This document shows positions 9,901 through 19,548 of a stretch of DNA of 64,000 bases, piece by piece. A program made the position numbers and the translations under genes. How positions within the stretch are numbered: position 1 is the stretch's first letter; each line of letters opens with the position of its first letter. Under the pieces are notes generated by a model. The model did not search any database. It saw nothing but the letters and a program-made list of their open reading frames with translations, and had not been told where the DNA came from. The stretch comes from Phycisphaerae bacterium. GTDB lineage: Bacteria; Planctomycetota; Phycisphaerae; UBA1845; Fen-1342. The stretch covers positions 288,001 through 352,000 of the forward strand of contig CAXXWX010000019.1 in NCBI GenBank assembly GCA_963675745.2, read 5' to 3'.

Positions 9901-11940
9901 ACCGGGCTGGGCTTCCCGTTGTTCGCCTACCCGAATATCTGGGCCGGGGACGTGGCATTCTGCGAGGACAAGTGCGAAATCACCAATGAGTGGTTTTCGT
10001 GGTTCCCGACTCTGCCTGGTACTACGCTGGCCGGCACACCTTCCTGGGCGACCACCGGCGATCCGTACCACGATCCGCTCCCGCAGTGCTACGAGGACAG
10101 ACGCCAAGCGCCTGACGTCGAACCGGATCCCCCGTGCCCGCCGGATGTGGATGAGACAGCCACCGATTCGGACAACGATGGCATCAACGACTGCCCGGCG
10201 CCGACGCTGGCTGACACGGCCACATTCACCACCTATCCCGACGCTGGCGGGGCCATAGCCTGGACCGGCTTCTACGGGCCCTATGTCTATCCCCGCGTCA
10301 GCGTAACGACCGGCGACACATTCCCGACGCCGATCGGCGCCCGCGTGCTCGGCCAGGAGCTTGACGACCAGTTCGGTACGGCCGTGGCTTCGGACGGAAC
10401 CTGGCTCATGATCACCGCGCCAAACCGCACGGCCAACGGTAATCACTACACCGATGATGTTCCCGCACTGACCGGCTCGCGCAACCTGTCGGGCGTGGCC
10501 TATCAGTTGCGCACGCTCTCGCCGGGTTCCAATGGAGTGAACCGCTCGCAGCTCTGGCTCGAACGCGAGGGCGCATACAATCCCGACACCGGTCAGTTCA
10601 CCTTCCGGTTTGGTGATCCCGAAAACCCCAACTGGACCATCACCCGTTGGCCGCAGGTTGACGTCGAGGACTTCACTCGGACCGACTACACCATGCCGGT
10701 GCCGCACAACTACATCATCGAGGCGATCGGTTCCAAGCGCGGCTCCGTTGACATGTACAACCGCGCGATGGGAGCCACGTGTCCGCCGGAATACAATGCC
10801 GGCGAAACCGGCGCTGATGCCGCTGGCATAACCGCGTTCACGCCGTACCCGGTCGGTACCGCCGGCTATTACATGGACCGCACACCCCAGATCGTGGGGC
10901 CACACGAAAACGCCAAGCTCTCCTTCGTCCGGGCATTGGGCGACGTGAACGATGACGGTGTCAACGATTTCGCCGTCGGCTCCCCCAATATCCGCAAGAC
11001 GGTGCCGGGCACGCCGGTTACCTTCAGTGCCGATCCAGCCGACACCGTCGGTTCGATCTTCATCGTTTACGGCCGGCCGACCGGTGTCGAGGGTGATTAC
11101 CTGCTCGAACAGCTCGCGCTAGACATCAACGACAACAGCCGCCTGAACGGCGTCCTGCTCCAGGGCTCGAAGGTTGGCGAGACGCTAGCACGCGTCTTTG
11201 ATGACGCCGGAGACTTTAACGGCGACGAAATCGCCGACGTGGTCATCGGCAATAAACAGGCCAATAACGGCACCGGCGAGGCGATTGTCCTCTTCGGCGC
11301 CATTGACCTGGTCAGCCCGGCCGGCGGTTGGACCCCCGACAACATCCCCGCAGGCCGCGCCATCCGATTCGTCGGTGAAGCCGTGGGTGACCTGGCCGGT
11401 GCCAATGTCACAGGCGTCGGCAATATAGATGCCGACACCAAGAAGAGAAGCACCGTCGATCCGGTTTCCGGTGAGACCATCATCGAAGACACCGGCATCG
11501 GCTTTGACGATATCCTCATCGCCGCGCCGAATGCCGATGTGGATCTCGACGGTGACGGGACGATTTCAAGTGACGAGCAGAGCGTCGGCAAGGTCTATCT
11601 GATCTACGGATCAGATGAGCTTTCCGGCACCATCAACCTCGCCGATGTCGGGACCGTCGACGTGCCCGGAGCCGTCTTCATCGGACGCAGCGGCGGCGAT
11701 CAGCTCGGTGGCGGTCAGAAGCTCATCGGCGGCACCAACCCCAACTTCGATGATCCCGCTGTGCCTGATTCCTACAACGTTCAGGCTTTCTCACGCGGCG
11801 TGGCCCAACTGGGCGACATCGATGGTGACGGAGCCGACGACCTGGCGATCAGCGCCATGCTCGGCGACGTGCTCGGACGCCAGGATGCCGGCGAAGTCTA
11901 CGTCATCTACGGTCGCAAGGGTGAGGGCGCCCCGGACTAG
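6919..11940 (+). CDS. Giant acidic lipoprotein with Ig-like repeats and FG-GAP (integrin-alpha-like) repeats
   Basis: GGAGG RBS before ATG 6919; lipobox WLGGC; repeated GD.N.DG..D..IG/AP and G..Y..YG motifs; three ~125 aa beta-rich repeats. Confidence 0.85.
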   Translation: MYNQRLARVSVVTLTVLAGIMTTIWLGGCPLAPQPQQPTSALDGSGADSTDGTDGTDGGTTTPSGPNDPRPVTPAGGDSNEPTEPVEPFDPFIPVDGGGDGGGDGGTIRPVTVELIEPLSRLQVPSGTIIDIAFTATDPDGALETLQVVLFRDNNADEDPDDLDDDGEITSADAVFERTSTSFVAGATNRLSLNTSDIFDAGLLNAESFGRFVIGVSSSDNLGREALDYSPRALILKTEIPAISLTGPVTPTSPLGIGTPVSIDFFVEDPDNALLPQPDGLKIIYAKDDDGDAQPDAGQAINTIDVVNLGVGENSYSFDTRRLLDEGLLDATGGGQFVFGVSASDNVGRTYQHWSGGTVTVESIAPGGSINSPAGATAIRPGNALEVVFTVTDPDTVLLAQPNGIKFVIARDEDGVAGADEIVFTDAAMTFAAGQHTYAVDTSMFTKQNLLDADGNGTFLVGFVIADIFGRTNAVYAPWQLTVDNVKPVGVMFKMATPDDNPPTDDGDPLLTPSVDPSDADYPLWIDPENRLMTIKGRVGFWFRTTDTSDLTIKIWADTDDDATGDTGTLVAEAVAEAGTNVDTALSIDLTDLAPDTYYYYVTIADAVTSDPYAFYAPTLDDGSDDIRLGLTKRLVGEFRLERLTVEPDDPQDSEGVVFQGVNFNDLGGSSLAGVPSLNDDNGDGVIDENDNAEFIIGARFGKAYIIENNGVGFGEAYLLYGNAGRLSGTRPLNTVGSSIDGIVFPGIRTPRAAGATVPLPSNPVLTYPANESTRWTAGLSDVTVVPDMDGDDRPELVFSFPRVESVSLSVTSPSVQHPELVPDLNAMGNLEYNAWYGLVPSWHVNESQFTRGGVVVVSSHNELLQYPDLLNRKADRVIDLHEVGQLFSSMSRPDPVIYPALVFSRGDTCADCDGDLSNGWDAGDNADPNNPTPGNCGDDNCGDPTDGREEQIARWVIEWDIAFNNQGPGGFLQSWTVPPAEPPLANPASWPYPTGLGFPLFAYPNIWAGDVAFCEDKCEITNEWFSWFPTLPGTTLAGTPSWATTGDPYHDPLPQCYEDRRQAPDVEPDPPCPPDVDETATDSDNDGINDCPAPTLADTATFTTYPDAGGAIAWTGFYGPYVYPRVSVTTGDTFPTPIGARVLGQELDDQFGTAVASDGTWLMITAPNRTANGNHYTDDVPALTGSRNLSGVAYQLRTLSPGSNGVNRSQLWLEREGAYNPDTGQFTFRFGDPENPNWTITRWPQVDVEDFTRTDYTMPVPHNYIIEAIGSKRGSVDMYNRAMGATCPPEYNAGETGADAAGITAFTPYPVGTAGYYMDRTPQIVGPHENAKLSFVRALGDVNDDGVNDFAVGSPNIRKTVPGTPVTFSADPADTVGSIFIVYGRPTGVEGDYLLEQLALDINDNSRLNGVLLQGSKVGETLARVFDDAGDFNGDEIADVVIGNKQANNGTGEAIVLFGAIDLVSPAGGWTPDNIPAGRAIRFVGEAVGDLAGANVTGVGNIDADTKKRSTVDPVSGETIIEDTGIGFDDILIAAPNADVDLDGDGTISSDEQSVGKVYLIYGSDELSGTINLADVGTVDVPGAVFIGRSGGDQLGGGQKLIGGTNPNFDDPAVPDSYNVQAFSRGVAQLGDIDGDGADDLAISAMLGDVLGRQDAGEVYVIYGRKGEGAPD

Positions 11941-11980
11941 AAAACCGGCGGCAATCTCCGGCATGTGAAGTAAACTGAAC

Positions 11981-12013
11981 ACGGGCCCGCGTTTGAAAGG
12001 AACGCGGGCCCGT
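11981..12013. terminator. Strong hairpin, probable terminator between convergent genes
   Basis: ACGGGCCCGCGTT-TGAAAGG-AACGCGGGCCCGT, perfect 13-bp stem. Confidence 0.7.
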
Positions 12014-12097
12014 TCTCCATATCGCTCCAAGCAACGGCGGACGTTTCGCCAGCCGCCGGCTGCCGCGCACGGCGCCCCACGGTCCGCTGTGGGGAGC

Positions 12098-12151
12098 TGT
12101 GGCACAGGTTTTCAACCTGTGGGTATCCACCGGTTACAAACCGGTGCCACA
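12098..12151. repeat. TGTGGCAC-type REP-like double hairpin
   Basis: TGTGGCACAGGTTTTCAACCTGTG...CACCGGTTACAAACCGGTGCCACA with terminal inverted repeat TGTGGCAC/GTGCCACA; a related half copy lies at 34684-34707. Confidence 0.65.
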
Positions 12152-12163
12152 GGGGGGAGGGGG

Positions 12164-13846
12164 CTACGCGGTGATATCGGCCGCCTTGGCGGGAATATCG
12201 ACTGCCTTGGCGCGCGCGACCTCGATCGCCTCCTGATAGCCGGCATCCACATGGCGTATAACACCCGTCGCCGGATCAGCCGTCAGGACGCGCTGCAATC
12301 GCTCGGCGGCGGCGTCCGTGCCGTCCGCGACGATTACCTGGCCCGCGTGGATGGAGTACCCGATGCCCACGCCCCCGCCGTGATGTACCGAGACCCATGT
12401 TGCCCCGCACGCGGTATTGACGAGTGCGTTCAGGATTGGCCAGTCGGCGATGGCGTCGGACCCGTCCTTCATGCCCTCTGTCTCGCGATTGGGTGATGCG
12501 ACAGAGCCGCAATCAAGGTGATCGCGCCCGATTACCAGGGGCGCCCGCACCTTTCCGCTGCGTACCAGGTCGTTGAAGATCAGCCCCATCTTGGCGCGTT
12601 GGCCATACTTGAGCCAGCAGATGCGCGCGGGCAGGCCCTGAAATGCGACCCGCTCCCGCGCCAGGCGAATCCAGCGACACAGGTGTGTCTCTTCCGGGAA
12701 GGTCTCCAGGACGGCGTCGTCCGTTGCCGCGATATCCGCCGGATCGCCTGACAGGGCCGCCCAGCGGAACGGTCCGGCACCCTCGCAGAACAGCGGCCGG
12801 ATGTACTCGGGCACAAAGCCGGGCACATCAAAGGCGTTGTCCACGCCGGCCTCTTTCGCGTGGCCGCGCAGGTTGTTGCCGTAGTCAAAGCAGACCGCGC
12901 CGCGCTGCTGGAGCTCCAACATGGCGCGCATGTGCTCGGCGATCGTGCGATATGACTCACGCGTATACTTGTCGGCGTCACTCGCACGCAGCGCAAGTGC
13001 ATCGGCGTAACTCATGCTGTTGGGCACATAGCCGTTGAGCGGATCATGGGCCGACGTCTGATCGGTCAGCACATCAGGCGTGAGGTTGCGGCGCAGGAGT
13101 TCGGCGAGCACGTCTGCGATGTTGGCTTGCAAACCGACGGACAGTGCCTCGCCGGCGTCGCGCGCCGCGGCCACCCAGTCGAGAGCTTGGTCTATGTCGT
13201 CGGTCATCTTGTCCAGGTACTTGGTTTGCAACCGGCGCTCGATGCGCTGCGCGTCGACCTCGACGCCGAGAAACACGGCTTCGTTCATCGTCGCGGCCAG
13301 CGGTTGGGCGCCGCCCATCCCCCCGAGTCCGCCGCTGACCAGCAGCCTGCCCTTCAGTGATCCACCGAAGTGGCGCACGGCACACGCGGCGAACGTCTCA
13401 TACGTGCCTTGCAGGATGCCTTGCGTGCCGATGTAGATCCAACTGCCGGCGGTCATCTGGCCATACATGGTCAAACCGAGGGCTTCGAGACGGCGGAACT
13501 CATCCCACGTCGCCCAGCGCGGCACCAGCAGCGAGTTCGCGATTAACACGCGCGGCGCGTCGGCGTGCGTCCTGACCACGCCCACCGCACGCCCCGATTG
13601 CACCAGCAGCGTTTCATCAGACTCGAGCTTTCGGAGCGCGGCGACGATCCGGTCGAAGTCGGCCCAACTGCGCGCGGCACGCCCCGAACCGCCGTAGATG
13701 ATGAGCTGCTCGGGTAATTCGGCCACGTCGGGATCGAGATTGTTCATGAGCATGCGCAGGGCGGCTTCCTGCTGCCACCCCTTGCAGGAGAGTTCGCCGC
13801 CGCGGGGGGCGCGAACGGTTCGCGGGCCGGACGTCGTAGTGGGCAT
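12164..13846 (-). CDS. hutU: Urocanate hydratase
   Basis: [76 protein letters not shown] 13846 with AGGAGG RBS. Confidence 0.97.
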   Translation of the reverse strand: MPTTTSGPRTVRAPRGGELSCKGWQQEAALRMLMNNLDPDVAELPEQLIIYGGSGRAARSWADFDRIVAALRKLESDETLLVQSGRAVGVVRTHADAPRVLIANSLLVPRWATWDEFRRLEALGLTMYGQMTAGSWIYIGTQGILQGTYETFAACAVRHFGGSLKGRLLVSGGLGGMGGAQPLAATMNEAVFLGVEVDAQRIERRLQTKYLDKMTDDIDQALDWVAAARDAGEALSVGLQANIADVLAELLRRNLTPDVLTDQTSAHDPLNGYVPNSMSYADALALRASDADKYTRESYRTIAEHMRAMLELQQRGAVCFDYGNNLRGHAKEAGVDNAFDVPGFVPEYIRPLFCEGAGPFRWAALSGDPADIAATDDAVLETFPEETHLCRWIRLARERVAFQGLPARICWLKYGQRAKMGLIFNDLVRSGKVRAPLVIGRDHLDCGSVASPNRETEGMKDGSDAIADWPILNALVNTACGATWVSVHHGGGVGIGYSIHAGQVIVADGTDAAAERLQRVLTADPATGVIRHVDAGYQEAIEVARAKAVDIPAKAADITA

Positions 13847-14085
13847 GGGCGCGCCTCCTGGTTCTGCCGGGAGCGATGAGTGGACGATTGCGCAAGTACC
13901 AGACTGTGAATAATAGAGCATTTTAAGCTCTTGCGCAGCAACCGGCAGCCACGCCAGCCGTAGAATCCTCGGGCGCTAGCTTATCGGCGGTGCGGCGGCC
14001 GGGCGCTACTTGATCCGAATAGACGCTGGCACGCCGGACGTACTGCGATTAAGCTCGCCGCTCGATCGCCGTGGAGGATTGGTTG

Positions 14086-15528
14086 ATGTTGCCGCGTGTG
14101 TCCATCGTTTTCGCATTGCTGACTGTCGTCATCGGCGCGCCGAATCTGCGTGCCGGCGAGCCGCTCGACTTGGTGCCGGCCGACAGCATGTTGACCTGGC
14201 ATGGCCGGGCATTTCCCGATGCGCCGGCACCCGATGCCGGGCCGACGTCACTGGATCGGATCATCGCCTCCGTCCCGCAGATGGTCGGTGAGCGCATGAC
14301 GCGTGGTCAGCGCATCAGCCTGCGCATCCTCCAGGCGTGCGGCCAGATGATCCGCTACCGGCACTGCATCGCGCTGATCGACGCATCGGCGATCCCGGCC
14401 GGCCGGCATCCCGACTCACGCCAGGCCGACGAGCTGCGCCTGGTCATGATTGTGGACACCAACGGCAAATCGGGCCCGTTTCTCAGCATCATTCAGACCG
14501 CCGCCAGCGAGCAGACCAACACCGAACACGCCAAGCTGGTCAAGAAGCACGCCGAACGCTGGGACTACACCGAGTTGCACGATGCGCGGCTGCCGGACTG
14601 GTACATCGTTGCGTGGGGCGAGATTGACAACCACTTCGTGCTCACGCTCGGGCGTGACGTGTGGCCGCGGATCGCCGGCATCGCTGCCGGCAAAGAGCCC
14701 GGCCTGTCGCGTGATCCGTGGGTGAGCGAGCACCGCGGTGAGCGGGGCCGCCACGCGCTGATCGAGATTATCGTAGACGCCGCGCGCATGCGCTCGCGGC
14801 TGGATCCCCTGATCCACAATTGGGTCAGCGAGTTCTTTGAGGTCTGGGGGGCGGGGAAGATGCAACGGGCGCACTGGGCGTTGGGGCTGAACGAGCGCGC
14901 GATGTACTGCGTCGCGAGTTTCCTCATGTCCGACGAAGGTGACGCCACGCACACGGTTGAGCGCGTGTTTGCTGACTCGGCCGAGAAGGATCCACGGATT
15001 CTCAATCTCGTGCCGTCCGGCTCGCGCTATGCCATTTACCGTGTGCCCACCTCCGAGATCCTGGTCAATTTCGTTCGCAGCCTGTTCGTCTGGCAGTCGG
15101 ATACCGCCCGCGAGCGGGCCGGCAAGCTGTGGGCCGAGATCCAGGAGGAATTCGGCTTTGATGCGCAGCGCGACGTGCTCGATCACCTCGGTGAAGTGGC
15201 GATCCTGCACAATTACCCGACGCACCCGTTGCGCCTGCCCGTGTTCTTCACGACGCTGATTGAGATCAAGGGCGATGTGAAGCAGGTTCGCAAGACGGTT
15301 GACGTGATGTGCGCGGCGTGGCAGGAGGGGCTCGACCGCGAGGCGGAACGCTCCGCTGCGCTGAACCCGATCCGGCTCAATCGTGACACTGATGGCATGT
15401 GGTATTTCCCGCTGGGGCCGTTCTTCAATGGGCTCGCGTGGAAGGTCACGGATCGCTATCTGGTGATCTCATGGTCGCCGATGGCCTTGCGACAATACCT
15501 GCGTGAGGCCGGCGATCGGCTGAAGTAG
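14086..15528 (+). CDS. Secreted hypothetical protein (possibly DUF3352-like)
   Basis: GGAGG RBS, signal peptide, long ORF with genome-like codon usage; family guess from the general architecture only. Confidence 0.65.
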   Translation: MLPRVSIVFALLTVVIGAPNLRAGEPLDLVPADSMLTWHGRAFPDAPAPDAGPTSLDRIIASVPQMVGERMTRGQRISLRILQACGQMIRYRHCIALIDASAIPAGRHPDSRQADELRLVMIVDTNGKSGPFLSIIQTAASEQTNTEHAKLVKKHAERWDYTELHDARLPDWYIVAWGEIDNHFVLTLGRDVWPRIAGIAAGKEPGLSRDPWVSEHRGERGRHALIEIIVDAARMRSRLDPLIHNWVSEFFEVWGAGKMQRAHWALGLNERAMYCVASFLMSDEGDATHTVERVFADSAEKDPRILNLVPSGSRYAIYRVPTSEILVNFVRSLFVWQSDTARERAGKLWAEIQEEFGFDAQRDVLDHLGEVAILHNYPTHPLRLPVFFTTLIEIKGDVKQVRKTVDVMCAAWQEGLDREAERSAALNPIRLNRDTDGMWYFPLGPFFNGLAWKVTDRYLVISWSPMALRQYLREAGDRLK

Positions 15529-15571
15529 TCGGCGTGTCGGCAGACCCGCGCGCCGCCGTTCCACGCACCAT

Positions 15572-15651
15572 GTAACGGCCGGCGCCCCGCCGGCCGTCGA
15601 ATGTCAGGCACGCCGTTGCGCGCCGATGGCCGGCGCCTCGCCGGCCGCCAC
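15572..15651. repeat. Degenerate inverted GTAG-family REP pair
   Basis: GTAACGGCCGGCGCCCCGCCGGCCG (15572-15596, +) and GTGGCGGCCGGCGAGGCGCCGGCCA (15651-15627, -). Confidence 0.65.
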
Positions 15652-15726
15652 AGTTGAATACGACTTTGACGAAATGCGTCGTACAGTGGCGCCGCCGGCG
15701 CCGAGCGCTGCAATGCGGAGACCCCG

Positions 15727-16587
15727 ATGCGAATTGGACTTTTGACAGCCCTGGACAGCCACGATGTGGCGTTTCTCGCAGGGTTGGGCTTTGAGAGTTT
15801 CGAGCTGCTGGCCTGGCCCGGACACCCGTTCGATCCGGCCAAGGTCACGGAGCGACAGATTGATGAGCTTAAATCACAGCTTGCCGCCCACGATGTCGAG
15901 CTGAGCTCGGTCGGCTATTACGACAACCACCTCGATCACACCAGGCAGCCGCTCGTCAAGGAGCACTTCCTCGGCCTGATGAAGGTCGGCAGGAGCCTCG
16001 GCACCGACGTCATCGGTACCTTCACCGGTCGCGACCCGGAGAAGTCAATCGTCGACAACATCCCCGCGATCAGGGAGTATTGGTCCGAGATGGCGAAGCG
16101 CGCCGCCGACATGGGTATGCGCATCGCGTTTGAAAACTGCCCCATGTTCCACCATCACCCGTTCCGCGGCATCAACACGGCGTTTACGCCCGGTGCATGG
16201 GAACGCATTTTTGACGCCGTGCCGGCGGACAACATTGGTCTCGAATGGGATCCCTCGCACCTGATCTGCCTGCTGATCGATCCGGTTCCGACCATCCGCC
16301 AGTTCGCCGGCAAAATCTTCCACGTCCACGCCAAAGACGCCGAAGTGTGCTGGGATGTCGTACGGCGTGAGGGCATCTGGGACGAGGGGGCGGTGCGCCA
16401 CCGCATGCCCGGCCTCGGGCAGGTCAACTGGCGCGAGGTGATCAGCGCGCTTATCGAGGCTGGCTACGAGGGTAATCTCGACATCGAAGGCGCCCACGAC
16501 CCGGTCTATGGCGGCAAGCTGGAAGAGGCCGGCCTGCGCGTCGGCCTCAATGCCCTGCGCCAATACGTCCCGAAGACAAGCACGTAG
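15727..16587 (+). CDS. Sugar phosphate isomerase/epimerase (AP-endonuclease-2 TIM barrel)
   Basis: IAFENCPM, GLEWDPSHL, IFHVHAKD, RMPGLGQVNW, LDIEG.HD metal ligands. Confidence 0.9.
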   Translation: MRIGLLTALDSHDVAFLAGLGFESFELLAWPGHPFDPAKVTERQIDELKSQLAAHDVELSSVGYYDNHLDHTRQPLVKEHFLGLMKVGRSLGTDVIGTFTGRDPEKSIVDNIPAIREYWSEMAKRAADMGMRIAFENCPMFHHHPFRGINTAFTPGAWERIFDAVPADNIGLEWDPSHLICLLIDPVPTIRQFAGKIFHVHAKDAEVCWDVVRREGIWDEGAVRHRMPGLGQVNWREVISALIEAGYEGNLDIEGAHDPVYGGKLEEAGLRVGLNALRQYVPKTST

Positions 16588-16647
16588 CCAAGCGCGCACG
16601 CCGCTTGCGCCGCTGCCGTCCTGCGCGCGATCATCATCCGCGCGTCT

Positions 16648-17166
16648 TCAGCGTGGACTACGTTCAAGCTCAACCACGCCCCGCAGGTCCGGCGCGCGCA
16701 GCTTACCGAACAGATCCGCGACCCAGCCCTCGTTGACGTCAGACAGGTCTATTGTGAAGTAGTCAGGATCGAGGCCCTGGAACGAGCTCGCGAGACTGCG
16801 GTCGACCAGGAAAACGATTTTCTCCTCCTCCGTCCCAACGTCAATACCAACGCGACAGGTACAGACGGGCGCGAATCGGAACAGCGCCTCGTATGATATG
16901 CACGCTCCTTGCAGGGTATACTCCACCTCTGATTCGGACATTGCCCGGCCAAGTGCGTCGAGGATTACGGGATCTTCACACCTGACCGTCCGCCAATGTC
17001 CCGCGATCTCGATTGACGTAATCTTCTGCTCCCCGCCGCCTTTGAGGCAGCTTCTTAAGGCTGCATGAGCCCGCATACACGCATAGAAGTAGGCGAATCC
17101 CAGCCCAAGTATCAATACGACACTGGACCCCGCCACGGTCACCCACAATCGCCGCCTTGTTGTCAT
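16648..17166 (-). CDS. Hypothetical membrane-anchored protein, atypical composition
   Basis: N-terminal RRR followed by a TM helix; visibly more AT-rich codons than its neighbours. Confidence 0.55.
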   Translation of the reverse strand: MTTRRRLWVTVAGSSVVLILGLGFAYFYACMRAHAALRSCLKGGGEQKITSIEIAGHWRTVRCEDPVILDALGRAMSESEVEYTLQGACISYEALFRFAPVCTCRVGIDVGTEEEKIVFLVDRSLASSFQGLDPDYFTIDLSDVNEGWVADLFGKLRAPDLRGVVELERSPR

Positions 17167-17222
17167 TCCGTCCACGCGCACAAGACTCACGCGGCACCCT
17201 CGCCGAGCGAGGTTGCACGACG

Positions 17223-18038
17223 CTACATTCGACGAGAAACGGTTCTAAAACTTCGCGCCCTTTGTGGGATCATTACCCCCACGAGGGGGCCCGAACCGAG
17301 CCAGTATTGAATATACTCCTGGTCGACGTATTCGACTTCCAGGTCGCGGTTAAGCCGCATCATCCCGCCTCGGTGCGGGCCCCATAGGATATCTCCATCA
17401 GCCCCGGTTCGCGTGATCAGATCGCGGATCGAGTTTCCATGCTGGTACAGATCCTGAAATATCTCGTTGAGAGGTTGCTCATTGTCGCTGTCGCGCTTGA
17501 AGCGCCAGAACATCCGCCCGTCCAGAAACGCAAACCCCTCGCGCAAGTAGCTGCCGCGCGGGCTGGCCTCGCGATTGGGCTGGTTGACCGAGGCCGGCCT
17601 GAGCGTGTAGCGGAAGCGGCCTTCGCCGCGCGGCCATCCGGCCTTGGCGGATGGGCACACGAAGATCGCCTCACTGCCGCCCAGGTACGGCCGCCCGATG
17701 AGATTCGGCAACGAATTGGGCCAGTAGTCCACATTGGGCTGCTCGCCGGGAGCATCGGGGAAGAGCTTGAACGGGTCGCACTTCTCATTGGGGACCGCGT
17801 TGGGATCGGCGCCGAAGACCAGATTGACCATGGGCGACCAGACATATGGCACGCGGCCGTTGTTCTCGTTCATGTACCCCCAGAAACCGGTCGAGACCTG
17901 ACGCATATTCGATGCGCAAATGCACCGCTTGGCCTGGTCGCGCACCGCTTTCAGCGACGGGAGCATGATCGAGATCAGCACGGCAATGATGGCCACCACC
18001 ACCAGCAGCTCAATAAGCGTGAATGCCCGCTTGCGCAT
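17223..18038 (-). CDS. Prepilin-type N-terminal cleavage/methylation protein (planctomycete pseudopilin, DUF1559-like)
   Basis: [31 protein letters not shown]...C.SN; C-terminal H-X9-D ([12 protein letters not shown]); GAGGAG RBS. Confidence 0.9.
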   Translation of the reverse strand: MRKRAFTLIELLVVVAIIAVLISIMLPSLKAVRDQAKRCICASNMRQVSTGFWGYMNENNGRVPYVWSPMVNLVFGADPNAVPNEKCDPFKLFPDAPGEQPNVDYWPNSLPNLIGRPYLGGSEAIFVCPSAKAGWPRGEGRFRYTLRPASVNQPNREASPRGSYLREGFAFLDGRMFWRFKRDSDNEQPLNEIFQDLYQHGNSIRDLITRTGADGDILWGPHRGGMMRLNRDLEVEYVDQEYIQYWLGSGPLVGVMIPQRARSFRTVSRRM

Positions 18039-18070
18039 GATCAACTCCTCAACGTATCGGCGTGATCTGC

Positions 18071-19438
18071 TTACTTACCGGTAAGAGACGCGACAAAGCT
18101 GTCGATGTCTCCGTTGTTCACATAACCGTCCTCATTCGCGTCGTTCGCGCAGAAGAAGTCACAGGTGAACTGGGCTTCCCACGTCGCCTGGTCGTCGAGC
18201 GCCACGATGAATGCATCGATGTCGCCATTGTTGACGAAGCCGTCGCAGTTGGCGTCGCAGCGCGTCGTGCCGGCACAGGGATCGGTGGCGGCGGCGACGA
18301 ACACCGCGTCATATCCGACGGTGTTGCCGAAGACCGGGTCGGCGCTGTTGCTGAGGCCGAAGCCGGCGGCTTCGAGGTAGATGTAGCTCGTGGCATCCAC
18401 CGGCAGCGCTGCCAGAACGACCGTGTCGAAATAGCCGCCCAGGTCACCGGTGAAGTCGGTCAGCGCCAGGCCGCCGTTGCCCGCCGCCGTGAAGTCGTCG
18501 GTCCCGCTGCTGCTTCCGATAGAGGCAGTTCCGCCGAGCGCGGTGTTAAACGTGTTGCCAACCTGAGACACATCAACCAGCGGCCAAAGAGTGCTTCCAA
18601 GTCCCTCTCCGGTGAGCACCGGGAATGTTCCGCCAACCGGGTCGCGCTGCACGAGCCAACCACGAAATGTGCCCAGAAACTGCATGCTGCCCAGCACGTC
18701 GGGCGACGAGCCGGCGGGGTCAATCGAGTCTTCCCACAGCTCGTAGCCGAGATTGTCGATTTGATAAACGCCGCTCAGCGTGCCGCTGTTGCCCAGGAAC
18801 GGTGTCAGCGTTCCGCTGCGAGTGTCGATGCCGGGGTTGATCGGGCCGTTCTTCGAGCCATCGGGTTGCGTGCCGGCGATGGTGATCAGAATCGTGGCGG
18901 TTTCAGGAGCCTGCCCCGGGCCCCCCTCATTCGTGCCCAGCGTGTCAATGTCAACGAGTGTTACCGTCCCGCCTGACGTGTCGGCGTTGAGCTCAATGAA
19001 GCTGTCCGTGCCGGGGATTTCGACGGGCGTCGCGCCGCCGACCGGCACCAGGCTGCGGGGGGCGTTGGGGTCGCCATCAAGATCGAGCAGTGGTCCGCCC
19101 AGAAACTCAATCCCCATAAGCGGGTTAAAGCTGATGAACGGCACCGATCCACGCCGGTACAGCATGCTGAGCGAGCCGAACTCGTTCGGCTGATACATCA
19201 GGTTCTGCGGCAGGATTCCGTAATATGGCACGGTGGGGCCGACGTCGCTGGTGCCGGCCAGGCGGTCGCCGTCGTAGAAATCGGGGTAGTTTCCGACTCC
19301 GTTGTCGCCGGGCACCGAGCGTGCGACCCCCGGATACAGCAGCGTGTCGACGCCGTTGAGCAGGTAATACTTCTCCGCGCTTGCGCTGGCCGCCAATAGG
19401 CAACCCAGGACGATTGTGAGCAAAGTGTGTTTGATCAT
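18071..19438 (-). CDS. Secreted protein with C-terminal dockerin/EF-hand-like duplicated domain
   Basis: Signal peptide ending ASA; C-terminal [17 protein letters not shown]...[17 protein letters not shown] repeat. Confidence 0.85.
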   Translation of the reverse strand: MIKHTLLTIVLGCLLAASASAEKYYLLNGVDTLLYPGVARSVPGDNGVGNYPDFYDGDRLAGTSDVGPTVPYYGILPQNLMYQPNEFGSLSMLYRRGSVPFISFNPLMGIEFLGGPLLDLDGDPNAPRSLVPVGGATPVEIPGTDSFIELNADTSGGTVTLVDIDTLGTNEGGPGQAPETATILITIAGTQPDGSKNGPINPGIDTRSGTLTPFLGNSGTLSGVYQIDNLGYELWEDSIDPAGSSPDVLGSMQFLGTFRGWLVQRDPVGGTFPVLTGEGLGSTLWPLVDVSQVGNTFNTALGGTASIGSSSGTDDFTAAGNGGLALTDFTGDLGGYFDTVVLAALPVDATSYIYLEAAGFGLSNSADPVFGNTVGYDAVFVAAATDPCAGTTRCDANCDGFVNNGDIDAFIVALDDQATWEAQFTCDFFCANDANEDGYVNNGDIDSFVASLTGK

Positions 19439-19548
19439 CTCATCTTTCCCATTGAACGGGGTGTCTTCACGAAAATCAGACTACGCGCATATACAACCGC
19501 TACCGGTCGAGCAAGGCGCTGTCAGCAATTCAGTTATAAGAACGGTGA

